Below, one piece after another: positions 8,910 through 18,558 of a stretch of 64,000 bases of DNA (positions within the stretch are counted from its first letter, which is position 1; each line of letters opens with the position of its first letter). A program made the position numbers and the translations under genes. The notes under the pieces are model-generated. The model saw nothing but the letters and a program-made list of their open reading frames with translations, was not told the origin of the DNA and ran no database searches. The stretch comes from an uncultured beta proteobacterium. Its GTDB lineage: Bacteria > Pseudomonadota > Gammaproteobacteria > Burkholderiales > SG8-39. The stretch spans positions 202,225 through 266,224 of the forward strand of contig CAVTJG010000009.1 in NCBI GenBank assembly GCA_963735025.1, in the 5' to 3' direction.

Positions 8910-10061
8910 TCAGATCGGGCCGATCAGATCCGGCGTGATGTCCACGACCGAGCGGACACCGGAGAGCTTCATCGCGCGCTCGAACTCGCCGGTGAGAATC
9001 TCGAGCGCCCGCCGCGCACCCGGCTCGCCGCCCGCCATCACGCCGTAGAGCGGGGCACGCCCGGCAAGCACCGCCTGCGCGCCGAGCGCGCGCGCCTTCA
9101 GGAGATCCACGCCGCGGCGCACGCCCCCGTCGAGCAGCACGGTGAGCTTGGCGCCCACTGCGCGAGTTATGGCCGGCAGCGCGTCCAGCGTTGCCGCCGC
9201 GCCGTCGAGCTGCCGCCCGCCGTGGTTCGAGACGACGAGCCCATCGCACCCGATCGTCAAGACTCGCGCCGCATCGTCGGGCCGGGCGATACCCTTGACG
9301 AGGAGCCTGCCCGGCCACTGGTCGCGCACCTGCTTCAAGCCCTCCCAGTCGAACGAGGCATCCTGGGAGCGGCCGACCGAGGCCGCGCCCGCGTCGGTCA
9401 CGCGCGTGGACCATTGCACGAAACCCGCGAGGTTTTCCATGCGCGGAATGCCATGCCGCAGCATGTCGATCACCCAGGCGGGCCTGCGCCACATGTCGCG
9501 CGAATTCCGCCAGGTCGGCCGAAAGGGTGCCGTGAAGTCGTTGCGCGAGTCGCGCTCGCGCTTGCCTCCGACCGGCACGTCCACAGTAACCAGCAGCGCC
9601 TCGTAGCCGGCCGCGTGCGCGCGTGCGACGAGCTTGCGCCGGAACTCGGCGTCGCGCAGCACGTAGAGCTGGAACCAGAGGCGGCCACCGACCTCGTTCG
9701 CCACGCGCTCGATGGACGTGGTGGCCGGCGTCGCTAGCGTGTATGGGATGCCATACGCTTTGGCCGCGCGCGCGAGGTCCAGGTCCGCGCCGGTCCGGCC
9801 CGCGCCGATTGCACCCATGGGCGCGATGGCCAGCGGAAATCGCGAGTCGACGCCGAACAGCTCGGTGCGCGTATCCACTTCCGCGACGTCGACGAGCACT
9901 CGGGGCAGCAGCCGGACGCGCTCGAACGCCGCGCGGTTCGCGCGCAGCGTCACCTCGTCTTCGGCGCCGCCGTCGAAGAAATCGAAAATCGCGCGCGGCA
10001 CCCGCGAGCGCGCGATGCGGCGCAGATCCTCGATGTTGAACGCGCGGGAAAGGTCGGCCAT
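8910..10061 (-). CDS. FMN-dependent alpha-hydroxy-acid dehydrogenase (L-lactate dehydrogenase / glycolate oxidase family)
   Basis: From MADLSRAFNIEDLRRIARSRVPRAIFDFFDGGAEDEVTLRAN... to VVSNHGGRQLDG...LLDGGVRRGVD. The track ORF (580 aa) has an implausible Arg-rich 197-aa N-terminal extension. Confidence 0.85.
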   Translation of the reverse strand: MADLSRAFNIEDLRRIARSRVPRAIFDFFDGGAEDEVTLRANRAAFERVRLLPRVLVDVAEVDTRTELFGVDSRFPLAIAPMGAIGAGRTGADLDLARAAKAYGIPYTLATPATTSIERVANEVGGRLWFQLYVLRDAEFRRKLVARAHAAGYEALLVTVDVPVGGKRERDSRNDFTAPFRPTWRNSRDMWRRPAWVIDMLRHGIPRMENLAGFVQWSTRVTDAGAASVGRSQDASFDWEGLKQVRDQWPGRLLVKGIARPDDAARVLTIGCDGLVVSNHGGRQLDGAAATLDALPAITRAVGAKLTVLLDGGVRRGVDLLKARALGAQAVLAGRAPLYGVMAGGEPGARRALEILTGEFERAMKLSGVRSVVDITPDLIGPI

Positions 10062-10110
10062 GGCGGGCGAAAGCCCGCAGTGTACCTGCGCGCAGCGGGA
10101 GCAACGTCCA

Positions 10111-10157
10111 GTCATCCCGCGTCGTGTCATCACCGGCCGCCATTGCGCGGGGATGAC
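10111..10157. repeat. Degenerate REP-like hairpin (GTCATCCCGCG...CGCGGGGATGAC)
   Basis: Inverted arms of the same GTCATCCC(C)GCG family with a ~25-nt loop, between the hydroxy-acid dehydrogenase start and the DoxX stop. Confidence 0.4.
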
Positions 10158-10168
10158 GGAGTACTTCG

Positions 10169-10585
10169 CTAGTGACGATCGAACGCCAGCCGTCCCGGTC
10201 CGTGCGCAGCCACGAGCAGCAGTCCGCCGAAGACGGCAAGATTCTTCAGGAAGTGATTCAACTGGTTTGCATACTGCGCGGGATCCACCGCCCAGAACCG
10301 GTGCGCCAGAAGCGTGGCGACGATCACGAACGCTGCGAGCCCCAGTGCTGCGAGCCGAGTGTGCCAGCCCGCGATCAACATGAGCGCGCCGACGATCTCG
10401 AACGCGATCATGAACCACGTGACGATCCCGGGCATGGGCACACCGAGCCGCGCGAGGTACCCGGAAGTCCCTGCGACGGCAGCGAGCGAACGGAGGCCCG
10501 ACACGAGAAATAGCGCGGCGAGCAGCATTCGCGCGATCAGCGGTATCACCGCCGGACCGCGCGCGCCGCTGGAAAATGCGTTCAT
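10169..10585 (-). CDS. DoxX family membrane protein
   Basis: MNAFSSGARGPAVIPLIARMLLAALFLVSGLRSL...LLAHRFWAV...NLAVFGGLLLV. SD GGAGG before ATG 10585. Confidence 0.75.
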   Translation of the reverse strand: MNAFSSGARGPAVIPLIARMLLAALFLVSGLRSLAAVAGTSGYLARLGVPMPGIVTWFMIAFEIVGALMLIAGWHTRLAALGLAAFVIVATLLAHRFWAVDPAQYANQLNHFLKNLAVFGGLLLVAAHGPGRLAFDRH

Positions 10586-10666
10586 GAAACCTCCGAAAAC
10601 GACCGCGGACACGGAGACAGGAATCGGCGGCAAGTGTACGCTTTCGCAACACGAGGAGGAGAAGCC

Positions 10667-11449
10667 ATGAGCGGCAAGCTGCTGGAAGGAGACACCGCGC
10701 TGGTCACCGGTGCGGCGTCGGGGATCGGACGCGGCATCGCGGAGGCGCTAGCGCGCGAAGGCGCGCGCGTCGTGCTCGCGGATATCGACACTGCGCGCGG
10801 CGCGCCGATCGCCGCCGCGCTGCAAAAGGAAGGCCATGATGCGCGATTCATCGCGACAGATCTCTCGACCGCCGAAGGGCCTGCCAAGCTGCTGCAGGGC
10901 ACGCTGGATGCGCTCGGCTCGATTTCCATCCTCGTCCACAGCGCCAGCCCGCGCCGCCTGGAGGCCGACAACATCATGGCGGTCAGCGATGCGACCTGGC
11001 ATGGAATGATCACGGTCAATCTGCACGCGGGGTTCGCACTGGCGCGCGGCGCCGCACGCGAGATGATCGCGCGCAAGACGAAGGGCCGCATGCTGTTTCT
11101 CACCTCGCTGCACGCCGAGTCGCCGCGCAACCTGCCGCATTACAGCGCATCCAAGGCGGGCCAGACGATGCTCATGAAGGAACTCGCGCGAGCGCTCGGC
11201 CCGCACGGCATCCGCGTGAACGCCATCGCGCCGGGCGCGATTCCGGGCGGCGGGTTCGATGCAAACGCTGCGGGCGTCGAGAATCTCACGCGGTGCACCA
11301 GCCTCGGGCGTCTCGGCACGCCGGAGGATATCGCCGGCATGGCCGTCGCGCTGCTGGCGGACCGCTTCTCGGCCTACGTCACCGGGACGACGGTCGTCGT
11401 CGACGGCGGGATCGCATTGCACAACTGGATCGAGCCACCTACGCTCTAG
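10667..11449 (+). CDS. Short-chain dehydrogenase/reductase (SDR)
   Basis: ALVTGAASGIGRGIA (TGxxxGxG) and YSASKAG (YxxxK). SD GAGGAGGAG before ATG 10667. Confidence 0.85.
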   Translation: MSGKLLEGDTALVTGAASGIGRGIAEALAREGARVVLADIDTARGAPIAAALQKEGHDARFIATDLSTAEGPAKLLQGTLDALGSISILVHSASPRRLEADNIMAVSDATWHGMITVNLHAGFALARGAAREMIARKTKGRMLFLTSLHAESPRNLPHYSASKAGQTMLMKELARALGPHGIRVNAIAPGAIPGGGFDANAAGVENLTRCTSLGRLGTPEDIAGMAVALLADRFSAYVTGTTVVVDGGIALHNWIEPPTL

Positions 11450-11450
11450 G

Positions 11451-13955
11451 TCAGCTCGACCCCAGATAGGCGCGCTCGAGCGCGCCGTCCGCAGCGATCT
11501 CCGCCGCAGTACCGCTCGCCGCGACGACGCCGGCGTCCATGACGTACGCCCGATCGGAAAGCGCCAGCGCCAGGCCAGCCATCTGGTCGACGAGCAGAAT
11601 CGTCGCCTCCTCCTGGCGCAGGCGATCGAGCACGCGGAACAGTTCCGCGATCACGGCGGGCGCCAATCCGAGCGAGGGCTCGTCGAGCAGCAGCATCTTC
11701 GGCTTGGCCATCAGGCCACGCGCGATCGCGAGCATCTGCTGCTCGCCGCCCGAAAGCAGCCCGGCGCGCTGGTGCAATCGCTCCCGCAAGCGCGGAAACC
11801 GTTCGAGCAATGCTTCCAGGTCGGCGTCGGTCGCGTCCTTGCGCAGGAAGGCGCCAAGCCGGATGTTGTCGAGCACGCTCAGCTCGGGAAACACCTGGCG
11901 GCCCTCGGGCACGAGCGCGACGCCCTGGGCGACCACCCGATGCGCCGGCAACGCGCCGATCTCGGCCGCCTGAAATGCGATGCTGCCCGATATCGGCCGA
12001 TGCAGCCCCGCGAGCGCGCGCATCAGCGTCGACTTACCCGCGCCGTTGGCGCCAAGCACGGCCACCATCTCGCGCTCACGCACGTTGAGCCCGATTTCGC
12101 GCAGGACGGGCTCGGCGCCGTACCCCGCTGTCAGTCGACCGACCTCGAGCATGGGCGCACCCGGCTCACGCCGCTCGGTCGCCGCAACGCTGGCACGCGC
12201 ATCGTCACCGAGATAGGCCTGCTTCACGGCGGGATCCTGTTGCACATTCTGCGGCGTACCCGCAGCGATGCGAGCGCCGGCATCGAGCACCACGACATGG
12301 TCGGAAATGCCCATCACGAGCGACATGTCATGCTCCACGAGCAGCACCGCGACGCCACCTGCGGCAACCTCGCGCAGCAGCTTGCCGACCCGCTCCTTGT
12401 CCTCGCGCGAAAGCCCCGCCGCCGGCTCGTCGAGCAGCAACGCCGCGGGATCCGTGGCAAGCGCGCGGGCGATTTCCAGCAGCCGCCGATCGACGTGCGG
12501 CAGGTCGGCGGCGCGGCGCAGCATGTCTCCCCGGTAACCGACGAATGCCGCCAGCGCTTCGGCGCGTGCAACCGCCTCCCGCCGCAAGGCGCGCTCCGCG
12601 CGAAAGAGCGGCACGCCGAGCCGCCCCTGCGATTGCGCGATGACCAGGTTGTCGAGCACGGTCATGCTGCCGAAGAGCTGGGACGTCTGGTAGGTCCGGG
12701 CGATGCCCGCACGCGACGCCTGATACGCGGGCCGCCCTGCGAGCGACTCCACACCCAGGCGGATCGCGCCGCTGTCGGGTCGATAGAAACCGCTCAACAT
12801 GTTGAGCACCGTCGTCTTGCCGGCGCCGTTCGGTCCGATGAGACTGGTCACCGCACCGGGCTCGGCAGCGAATGCGAGGTCGGTCACCGCCCGGATGCCG
12901 CCGAAGCTGATCGAAAGATGCTCCATTGCCAGCGGTCGACGCTGGGAATGCAGTGCCCTTGCGCGGGCTTGCGTGCGCATGGCTGCAGTCATTGCGGTGC
13001 CGCGCCGTGCAAAAAGCTTCGCGGCCGCTCCCACGATCCCCTGCGGTGCCACCCAGAGCACGATCAGCATCAGCCCACCGAAGAAGAGCAGCCGGTACTC
13101 GGCCAGCCCGGCGAGCACCTCCGGCAGCAGCACCACGACGGCCGCGCCGATGATCGGGCCCGTGACGGTGCCGGCGCCACCGACGATCACCACCAGCATG
13201 AAGAGAATCGACTGGAGAAACGTGAACGTCGAGGGCGTGACGAAGCTCGACAGCGGTGCGAAGAGCCCGCCGGCGATCCCGGCACAGAACGCAGACAGGC
13301 CGAATGCCATCGTCTTGATCGCCACCGGGTTGAGCCCGATCGACTCGGCTGCGGTCTCGGAATCCTTGACTGCGCGCATGGCGTGTCCCCAGGAGCTCGC
13401 GGAGAGCCGCCAGAAGGCGAAGAGCAGGACCGCTGCGATGAACAGCGCAAGCAGCGTCACGCCACGTTCGCCGAGCGTGATGCCCATCGCAGACGGCGAG
13501 GGAATGCCCATGATCCCGTTTTGTCCGCCGGTGAGCGCGCGCCATTCCACGGCGCTGTGCTCGACGATGAAGCCGAAGGCGATCGTCACCATCGCGAGAT
13601 ACGGCCCCTTCACCCGCACCGCCGGCAACGCGAGCAGCGCACCCGTGATGCCGGCCAGCGCCGCCGCAATCGGCAGCGCGAGCCAGAAGCTCATCTCGGT
13701 CTTGGTCGTGAGGATCGCGACGGCGTACGCGCCGATGGCGTAGAACCCGACGTGGCCGAAGGAGACCTGGCCGGACAATCCGAGCAGCACGTTCAGGCCG
13801 ATGCCGACAATGGCAGTGAGCGCGAGCGTGCCGATGACGAACACGTAGTAGCCGTTCGCGAACGCCGCGAATGCTGCCGACGCCGAGAAAGCAGGCCGAC
13901 CACCAGCACGGCATGGAGCGGCCGCAGCCGTCGGCATCGTCCCGTAGGCGCTCAT
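11451..13955 (-). CDS. Branched-chain amino-acid ABC transporter, fused permease LivM + ATPase LivG + ATPase LivF (834 aa)
   Basis: One uninterrupted frame. The LivM part runs MSAYGT...GLNVLLGLSGQVSFGHVGFYAIGAY. The LivG part has GPNGAGKTT...LLLDEPAAGL. The LivF part has GANGAGKST...LSGGEQQMLAIARGL...LLLDEPSLGL. ATG 13955 overlaps the livH stop (ATGA). Confidence 0.8.
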   Translation of the reverse strand: MSAYGTMPTAAAAPCRAGGRPAFSASAAFAAFANGYYVFVIGTLALTAIVGIGLNVLLGLSGQVSFGHVGFYAIGAYAVAILTTKTEMSFWLALPIAAALAGITGALLALPAVRVKGPYLAMVTIAFGFIVEHSAVEWRALTGGQNGIMGIPSPSAMGITLGERGVTLLALFIAAVLLFAFWRLSASSWGHAMRAVKDSETAAESIGLNPVAIKTMAFGLSAFCAGIAGGLFAPLSSFVTPSTFTFLQSILFMLVVIVGGAGTVTGPIIGAAVVVLLPEVLAGLAEYRLLFFGGLMLIVLWVAPQGIVGAAAKLFARRGTAMTAAMRTQARARALHSQRRPLAMEHLSISFGGIRAVTDLAFAAEPGAVTSLIGPNGAGKTTVLNMLSGFYRPDSGAIRLGVESLAGRPAYQASRAGIARTYQTSQLFGSMTVLDNLVIAQSQGRLGVPLFRAERALRREAVARAEALAAFVGYRGDMLRRAADLPHVDRRLLEIARALATDPAALLLDEPAAGLSREDKERVGKLLREVAAGGVAVLLVEHDMSLVMGISDHVVVLDAGARIAAGTPQNVQQDPAVKQAYLGDDARASVAATERREPGAPMLEVGRLTAGYGAEPVLREIGLNVREREMVAVLGANGAGKSTLMRALAGLHRPISGSIAFQAAEIGALPAHRVVAQGVALVPEGRQVFPELSVLDNIRLGAFLRKDATDADLEALLERFPRLRERLHQRAGLLSGGEQQMLAIARGLMAKPKMLLLDEPSLGLAPAVIAELFRVLDRLRQEEATILLVDQMAGLALALSDRAYVMDAGVVAASGTAAEIAADGALERAYLGSS

Positions 13956-14821
13956 ACCTTCTTCACCTCCGCGCGCCCGAACAGTCCGTTCGGCCGCAGC
14001 GCCAGCGCGACGATGACCAGCGCGAACGTGAGGATCTGCGTGTAGGTAGAGCCCAGGCCGGCCGTGATGAGACCTTCGATGACGCCGAACAGCAGCCCCG
14101 CAATCATCACGCCCCACGCACTCGTAATGCCGCCCAGGATCGCGACCGCGAACGCCTTCAGGCCAAACAGAGTGCCCATGTCGGAGTGCACGTTGTAGAG
14201 CGGCGCGATCATGATCCCCGCGACTCCCGCGAACACCGTCGAGACCGCAAACGCCAGCGTGATCGCAGCCGACACGTTGATGCCCATCAGGCGCGCCGCG
14301 TCCTGGTTCTGCACCACGGCGAGCAGCGCCTTGCCGAGTCGCGCCCGGCGCATGAAGAAATGCAGCAGTCCGGCCAGCGCGAGCCCGATCACCGGAATCG
14401 CGAGCTGCAGCGGCGAGACGCCGATGCCCAGGATCTGCACGTAATCGCTGGCAATCGGCAGTGGGAACCCGCGCGGCTCCTTGCCGAAGGTGAACAGCAC
14501 CGTGTTGTCGGCGACGATCCCGATGGCGACGGTGGCCATCAGCCACGCGCTCGACCCGCGCTGCGCGAACGGCCGAATCGCGACCCGCTCGACCACCACG
14601 CCGTACAGCGCGCAAAGCGCGAGCGCGACGATCACCGCGGGCACGAACGGCCAGCCGAGCGTCACCGCGAAGGTGTAGGCGAACACCGCGCCGAGCATCA
14701 TCGAGCTGCCCTGCGAGAAATTGACGGTGCTCGAGACCGAATAGGTGATGTAGAACCCCAGCGCGAGGAGCCCGTACATGCTTCCCAGTCCGATGCCGGA
14801 GACGAGTGCGGAGGCGAGCAT
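13952..14821 (-). CDS. livH: Branched-chain amino-acid ABC transporter permease LivH
   Basis: MLASALVSGIGLGSMYGLLALGFYITYSVSSTVNFSQG... The alternative ATG at 14860 lies in the loop of the upstream hairpin, so 14821 is preferred. Confidence 0.85.
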   Translation of the reverse strand: MLASALVSGIGLGSMYGLLALGFYITYSVSSTVNFSQGSSMMLGAVFAYTFAVTLGWPFVPAVIVALALCALYGVVVERVAIRPFAQRGSSAWLMATVAIGIVADNTVLFTFGKEPRGFPLPIASDYVQILGIGVSPLQLAIPVIGLALAGLLHFFMRRARLGKALLAVVQNQDAARLMGINVSAAITLAFAVSTVFAGVAGIMIAPLYNVHSDMGTLFGLKAFAVAILGGITSAWGVMIAGLLFGVIEGLITAGLGSTYTQILTFALVIVALALRPNGLFGRAEVKKV

Positions 14822-14846
14822 TACGATGCAGGTCGATACAAATGAA

Positions 14847-14870
14847 GACGGCCGCCGCATGGCGGCCGTC
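14847..14870 (-). terminator. GC-rich hairpin (GACGGCCGCC gcat GGCGGCCGTC) between the binding-protein gene and livH: intra-operon attenuator/terminator
   Basis: Perfect 10-bp stem with a 4-nt loop, followed on the coding (minus) strand by TTCATTTGT. This is the classical position for decoupling binding-protein and permease expression. Confidence 0.45.
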
Positions 14871-14927
14871 CGATCCGGCCGATGATAGCCGACCGGGGCG
14901 CGGCAGCCGCGCCCCGCAGGCGGTCCG

Positions 14928-16128
14928 TTACTTCACCATCCCGACCGGCAGGATCTTGCCGTCGATGAACTGCGTCCAGACGTAATCGTTCTCGGTGATC
15001 GCGTCGTGGACCTTGGGCGAGAACGGCTTGGTGTAGGTCTTGATCAGGCCCTCGTACTTGTCGATCTTGTAGAACGCCTGGCGGATCGCGTCGCCGTCGG
15101 TCGAGCCGGCGATCTGGATCGCCTGCGCCACCAGCATCATCGCGTCATAGGCGTTCGCCACCCCGACGGCCGGCGTCACGTCACCCGGACCCTTGATGTC
15201 CGGATACTTCGCCATGAGCTCCTTCATCACCTTTTCTCCGACGGGCGTCTGCTTGCCGAAGAAGCTGTAGGTCTGGACGAAGTGCACCTTCTTGGCATTC
15301 GGACCTGCAAGCTCGGAGAAGCGGCCGCCCGCCGGTCCCCAGTGCGAGACGATCGGCACGTCCCAGCCCATGCGATCGAGCGATTTCACGACCTGCGCGG
15401 ACGGTCCGACGTTGCCGACCATGAACAGCGTATCGGCGCCGGCTTCCTTCAGGCGCGTGAGCTGCGGGACGACGTCGATGTCGTTCCCCTCGAATTTCTC
15501 GATGCCGGCAGGCTTGACGTTCTTGGCTTCCATGGCCGCGCGGAGCCCCTTCTCGTTCGACTCGCCCCACGGATTGTTGATGAGGATGAGTCCAGGCTTC
15601 TTGGTGTTGAAGTTCTTCTGCGCGTACTGCAGCATCGCCTTGTCGACGATCTCGTCGACGGCCGAGACACGGAACACGTAATTGGGGTTCCCCTTGTTCT
15701 TGGTGATCGGCGTGCCCGCCGCCCACGGGCCGATGAACGGCACTTTCGCCTGGTTCATGATCGGGACGATGGCGAGCGACACCGGCGTGTCGAGCCCGCC
15801 GAAGAGCACCGCGACCTTCTCGTTGAAGACGAGCTCGCGCGCGGCGGTGACGCCCTTGGCCGGAGTCGCCTCGTCGTCCCGGCGAATCAGCTCGAACTTG
15901 CGGCCACCGAGGACGCCGCCATTGGCGTTGAGCTCGTCGATGGCGATGGTGAGACCGCGCGTGATGGCCTCGCCAGCGCGGGCCGATTGCCCCGAGAGCG
16001 CGGTGGTCAGGCCGATCTTGATCGGATCTGCCGCCACGGCGGGGAAACGTCAGCCCCGCACTGATTGCGATCAGGCCGAGCTTGAGAACCGAGCGCCGCC
16101 GCCAGGCGGCCGTGTCGATGCGAGTCAT
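14928..16128 (-). pseudogene. Liv-type (family 4) periplasmic amino-acid-binding protein, 1-bp frameshift between signal peptide and mature domain
   Basis: The mature part (ORF 14928..16037) reads AADPIKIGLTTALSGQSARAGEAITRGLTIAIDELNANGGVLG. The signal peptide MTRIDTAAWRRRSVLKLGLIAISAGLTFP (ATG 16128, SD GAGGGGGA) is in another frame. The join lies at the C4 run near 16046. Confidence 0.8.
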
Positions 16129-16470
16129 GAAATCCCCCTCAATTTTGACCGAACTTGTTTGCGAGCAAATTCTGCCCCGCCCGGCGCGGGCCAGGTCGGA
16201 GATCATTCAGCAAGCGACGTGCCAATGTGGCGACATGAAGTGGGGCCGCCGCCTGCTAAGATTGCAGCGGAGTCCTCAGGAAGCACCCCGTGCCACTGCA
16301 TAATATCCCAACTCGCTCGATGCCCTCGGACGCCGCTGCGGAGGCCTGCGCGCCGCGCTGACCGCCCCCATCGGCGCCGAATGGCGCACTGCTCCAGTGC
16401 GTCGCGCACTGCGTCGGGGCACCAATTCCACGATTCACCCAAATTTCAACTTTCGCTAGCGGACTACTTC

Positions 16471-17103
16471 ATGGATCTCGACTTCGGCACGCTCACCGAG
16501 CATCAGCGCTACAAGCTGATGGCAAGCCTCATCATCCCCCGGCCCATCGCGCTCGTCACGACCGTCAATGCGCGCGGCGTGGTCAATGCGGCGCCCTTCA
16601 GCATGTTCAACATGCTGGGCGAGGAACCGCCGATCGTGATGATCAGCCTCAACAAGCGCGAGAGCGGCGAAGTCAAGGACACAGCGGCCAATATCCTTGC
16701 CAGCGGCGAGTTCGTCGTGCATCTGGTCGACGAGGCGATCGCCGACCAGATGCATCGCTGCGGCGCGCACTATCCACCCGACGTGAGCGAAGTCGAGGTC
16801 GTGGGATTCACCACCGTGCCATCGATCGCGATCAAGCCGCCGCGGATCGCGGAGGCACCGGTGTCGCTCGAGTGCACGCTCTTCGAGAAGATCGAAACGC
16901 CGAGCCGGCACATCTTCATCGGGCGTGTGCTCTGGATGCACGCGCGCGACGACCTGATCGACCTGGAACGCTACCGCGTGCACTTGCAGAACTATTTCCC
17001 CATCGCCCGTTTCGGGGCGAGCTTCTACACGCGTACGCGCGACCGGTTTGCGATCAGCGAAGGCGCCCACCCGGAAAATTCCACGTCCATCGACGAGATC
17101 TGA
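16471..17103 (+). CDS. Flavin reductase-like (FMN-binding split-barrel) protein
   Basis: MDLDFGTLTEHQRYKLMASLIIPRPIALVTTVNARGVVNAAPFSMFNMLGEEPPIVMISL... Confidence 0.8.
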   Translation: MDLDFGTLTEHQRYKLMASLIIPRPIALVTTVNARGVVNAAPFSMFNMLGEEPPIVMISLNKRESGEVKDTAANILASGEFVVHLVDEAIADQMHRCGAHYPPDVSEVEVVGFTTVPSIAIKPPRIAEAPVSLECTLFEKIETPSRHIFIGRVLWMHARDDLIDLERYRVHLQNYFPIARFGASFYTRTRDRFAISEGAHPENSTSIDEI

Positions 17104-17113
17104 CCGTCCGGAT

Positions 17114-17998
17114 ATGCGCACACTTCGCTCTCACGGCCGCTACGACTACGCGCCGATCACGCGCCGCCCGGATTTCGCGTGGCCCGAGGGCAAGCGCCTC
17201 GCGCTCTACATCGGATTCAACATCGAGCACTTCGAATTCGGAACCGGACGTGGCGCCAAGCTCGCGCCGTCGAGCGAGCCGGACGTGCTCAACTACTCCT
17301 GGCGCGACTACGGCAACCGCGTCGGCGTGTGGCGCTGCATCGAGCTCTTCGATTCGCTCAAGTTGCCGGTCGGCGTGCTGGTCAACACCGGGATCTACGA
17401 CTACTGCCCGGAAGTGATGGCGGCGTTCCGGAGCGGACAGTACGCGTGGGGCGCCGAGGTGATCGGGCACGGCCACACGAATGCCGAGCACCAGGGCGAG
17501 ATGTCCGAGGAAGCGGAGCGCAAGCTCATCGTCTATTGCACCGAGCGCATCGCGCGGGAAGAAGGCCGTCCACCGGCGGGATGGTTGTCGCCGTGGATCG
17601 CGGAAAGTCACGTCACACCCGATCTTCTTCAGGAAGCGGGCTACAAGTACGTGCTGAACTGGGCGCACGACGATCAGCCAACGCGCTTCCGCACGCGGGG
17701 AGGCTCGCTCTGGTCGATTCCGTACCCCCAGGAGATCAACGACATCCCCGCCGTGATGGCGCGCCTCGCCGGCGCCGACGAATTCGCGAACATGATCATC
17801 GACTGCTACGACGAGATGCTCGCGCAGTCGGCGAGTCAATCATTGGTCATGGGCATCGCATTGCACCCGTACATCGTCGGCCAGCCGCACCGACTGCGCC
17901 ATCTCCGCCGGGCGCTCGCGCATATCGTGCAGAGCGGGCGGGCATGGTGGACGACGCCTGGTGCCATCCAAGACCACGTGTCGCGAAGCGCGTGCTGA
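17114..17998 (+). CDS. Polysaccharide deacetylase family protein (PuuE-allantoinase-like subgroup)
   Basis: MRTLRSHGRYDYAPITRRPDFAWPEGKRLALYIGFNIEHFEF...VIGHGHTN...GIALHPYIVGQPHR. A paralogue lies at 63252-64000. Confidence 0.8.
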   Translation: MRTLRSHGRYDYAPITRRPDFAWPEGKRLALYIGFNIEHFEFGTGRGAKLAPSSEPDVLNYSWRDYGNRVGVWRCIELFDSLKLPVGVLVNTGIYDYCPEVMAAFRSGQYAWGAEVIGHGHTNAEHQGEMSEEAERKLIVYCTERIAREEGRPPAGWLSPWIAESHVTPDLLQEAGYKYVLNWAHDDQPTRFRTRGGSLWSIPYPQEINDIPAVMARLAGADEFANMIIDCYDEMLAQSASQSLVMGIALHPYIVGQPHRLRHLRRALAHIVQSGRAWWTTPGAIQDHVSRSAC

Positions 17999-18558
17999 GA
18001 CGCCGAGCGCGCGCGTGAATGCCATCAGCGCAGCATTGCCCGCGGCGTCCGAGCGCGCGTGGTAGTGCGGGGAGCGAGCGTAGATCCCGCGCGCACAATG
18101 TTCTCTGCATCGTCCAAGGCCCCTCGCCAAACCGCGCTGGTACCCCTCAGGTCGGTGCGGCCTGTTGGAGCTGATGGGCACGCTTCCCGACGATCCGCAC
18201 AGCCAGCTGGAGCAACCACCGACGGACCCGATCGGGACAAGCAGTGCAAGGTGATTCGAAGAGTCAGGCACTCGCCACCGAACTTCGCCCAGATGGGTGC
18301 CGCCGATGGACTGTAACGCGCTTTCTTGACACGCAACTCGACGGGCCAGTACTGTCAAGAGCGAGGCTATGCTTTTCAGCATGCGCATAGAGGGTCGGTA
18401 AATTCAAGCAGCCGGGATGCCCGGTTTTCGGATTTGAGAACCGCCTATCGCGAGAGGGATCTTAGTTTGATGAAAAGCGTCCACGATTCCGTTGACTTGT
18501 CTATTGCCTTCCCGGCGCCGACCTCGGCAGAGCCGGCCATCGCAGAGGTGAGCGTTTC

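Noticed and set aside
10062-10652. The N-terminal 197-aa extension of the 580-aa ORF 8910..10652
   Set aside because: The extension is Arg-rich nonsense that overlaps the DoxX gene read in another frame. The conserved hydroxy-acid dehydrogenase sequence begins at MADLSRAFNIEDL (ATG 10061).
13956-14615. The upstream 220 codons of the 1054-aa ORF 11451..14615 as part of the LivMGF fusion
   Set aside because: This part overlaps livH read in a different frame and has no permease-like hydrophobic pattern. The ATGA overlap at 13952-13955 marks the true start.
18025-18336. Possible gene or IS remnant in the 560-bp gap before the lyase-like gene (minus-strand ORFs of 87-182 aa; inverted repeat TCTTGACA...TGTCAAGA at 18325-18361)
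   Set aside because: None of the translations shows a recognisable motif or convincing codon bias. The inverted repeat could be an operator or a TTGACA-N18-TACTGT promoter, but the evidence is too weak to annotate.
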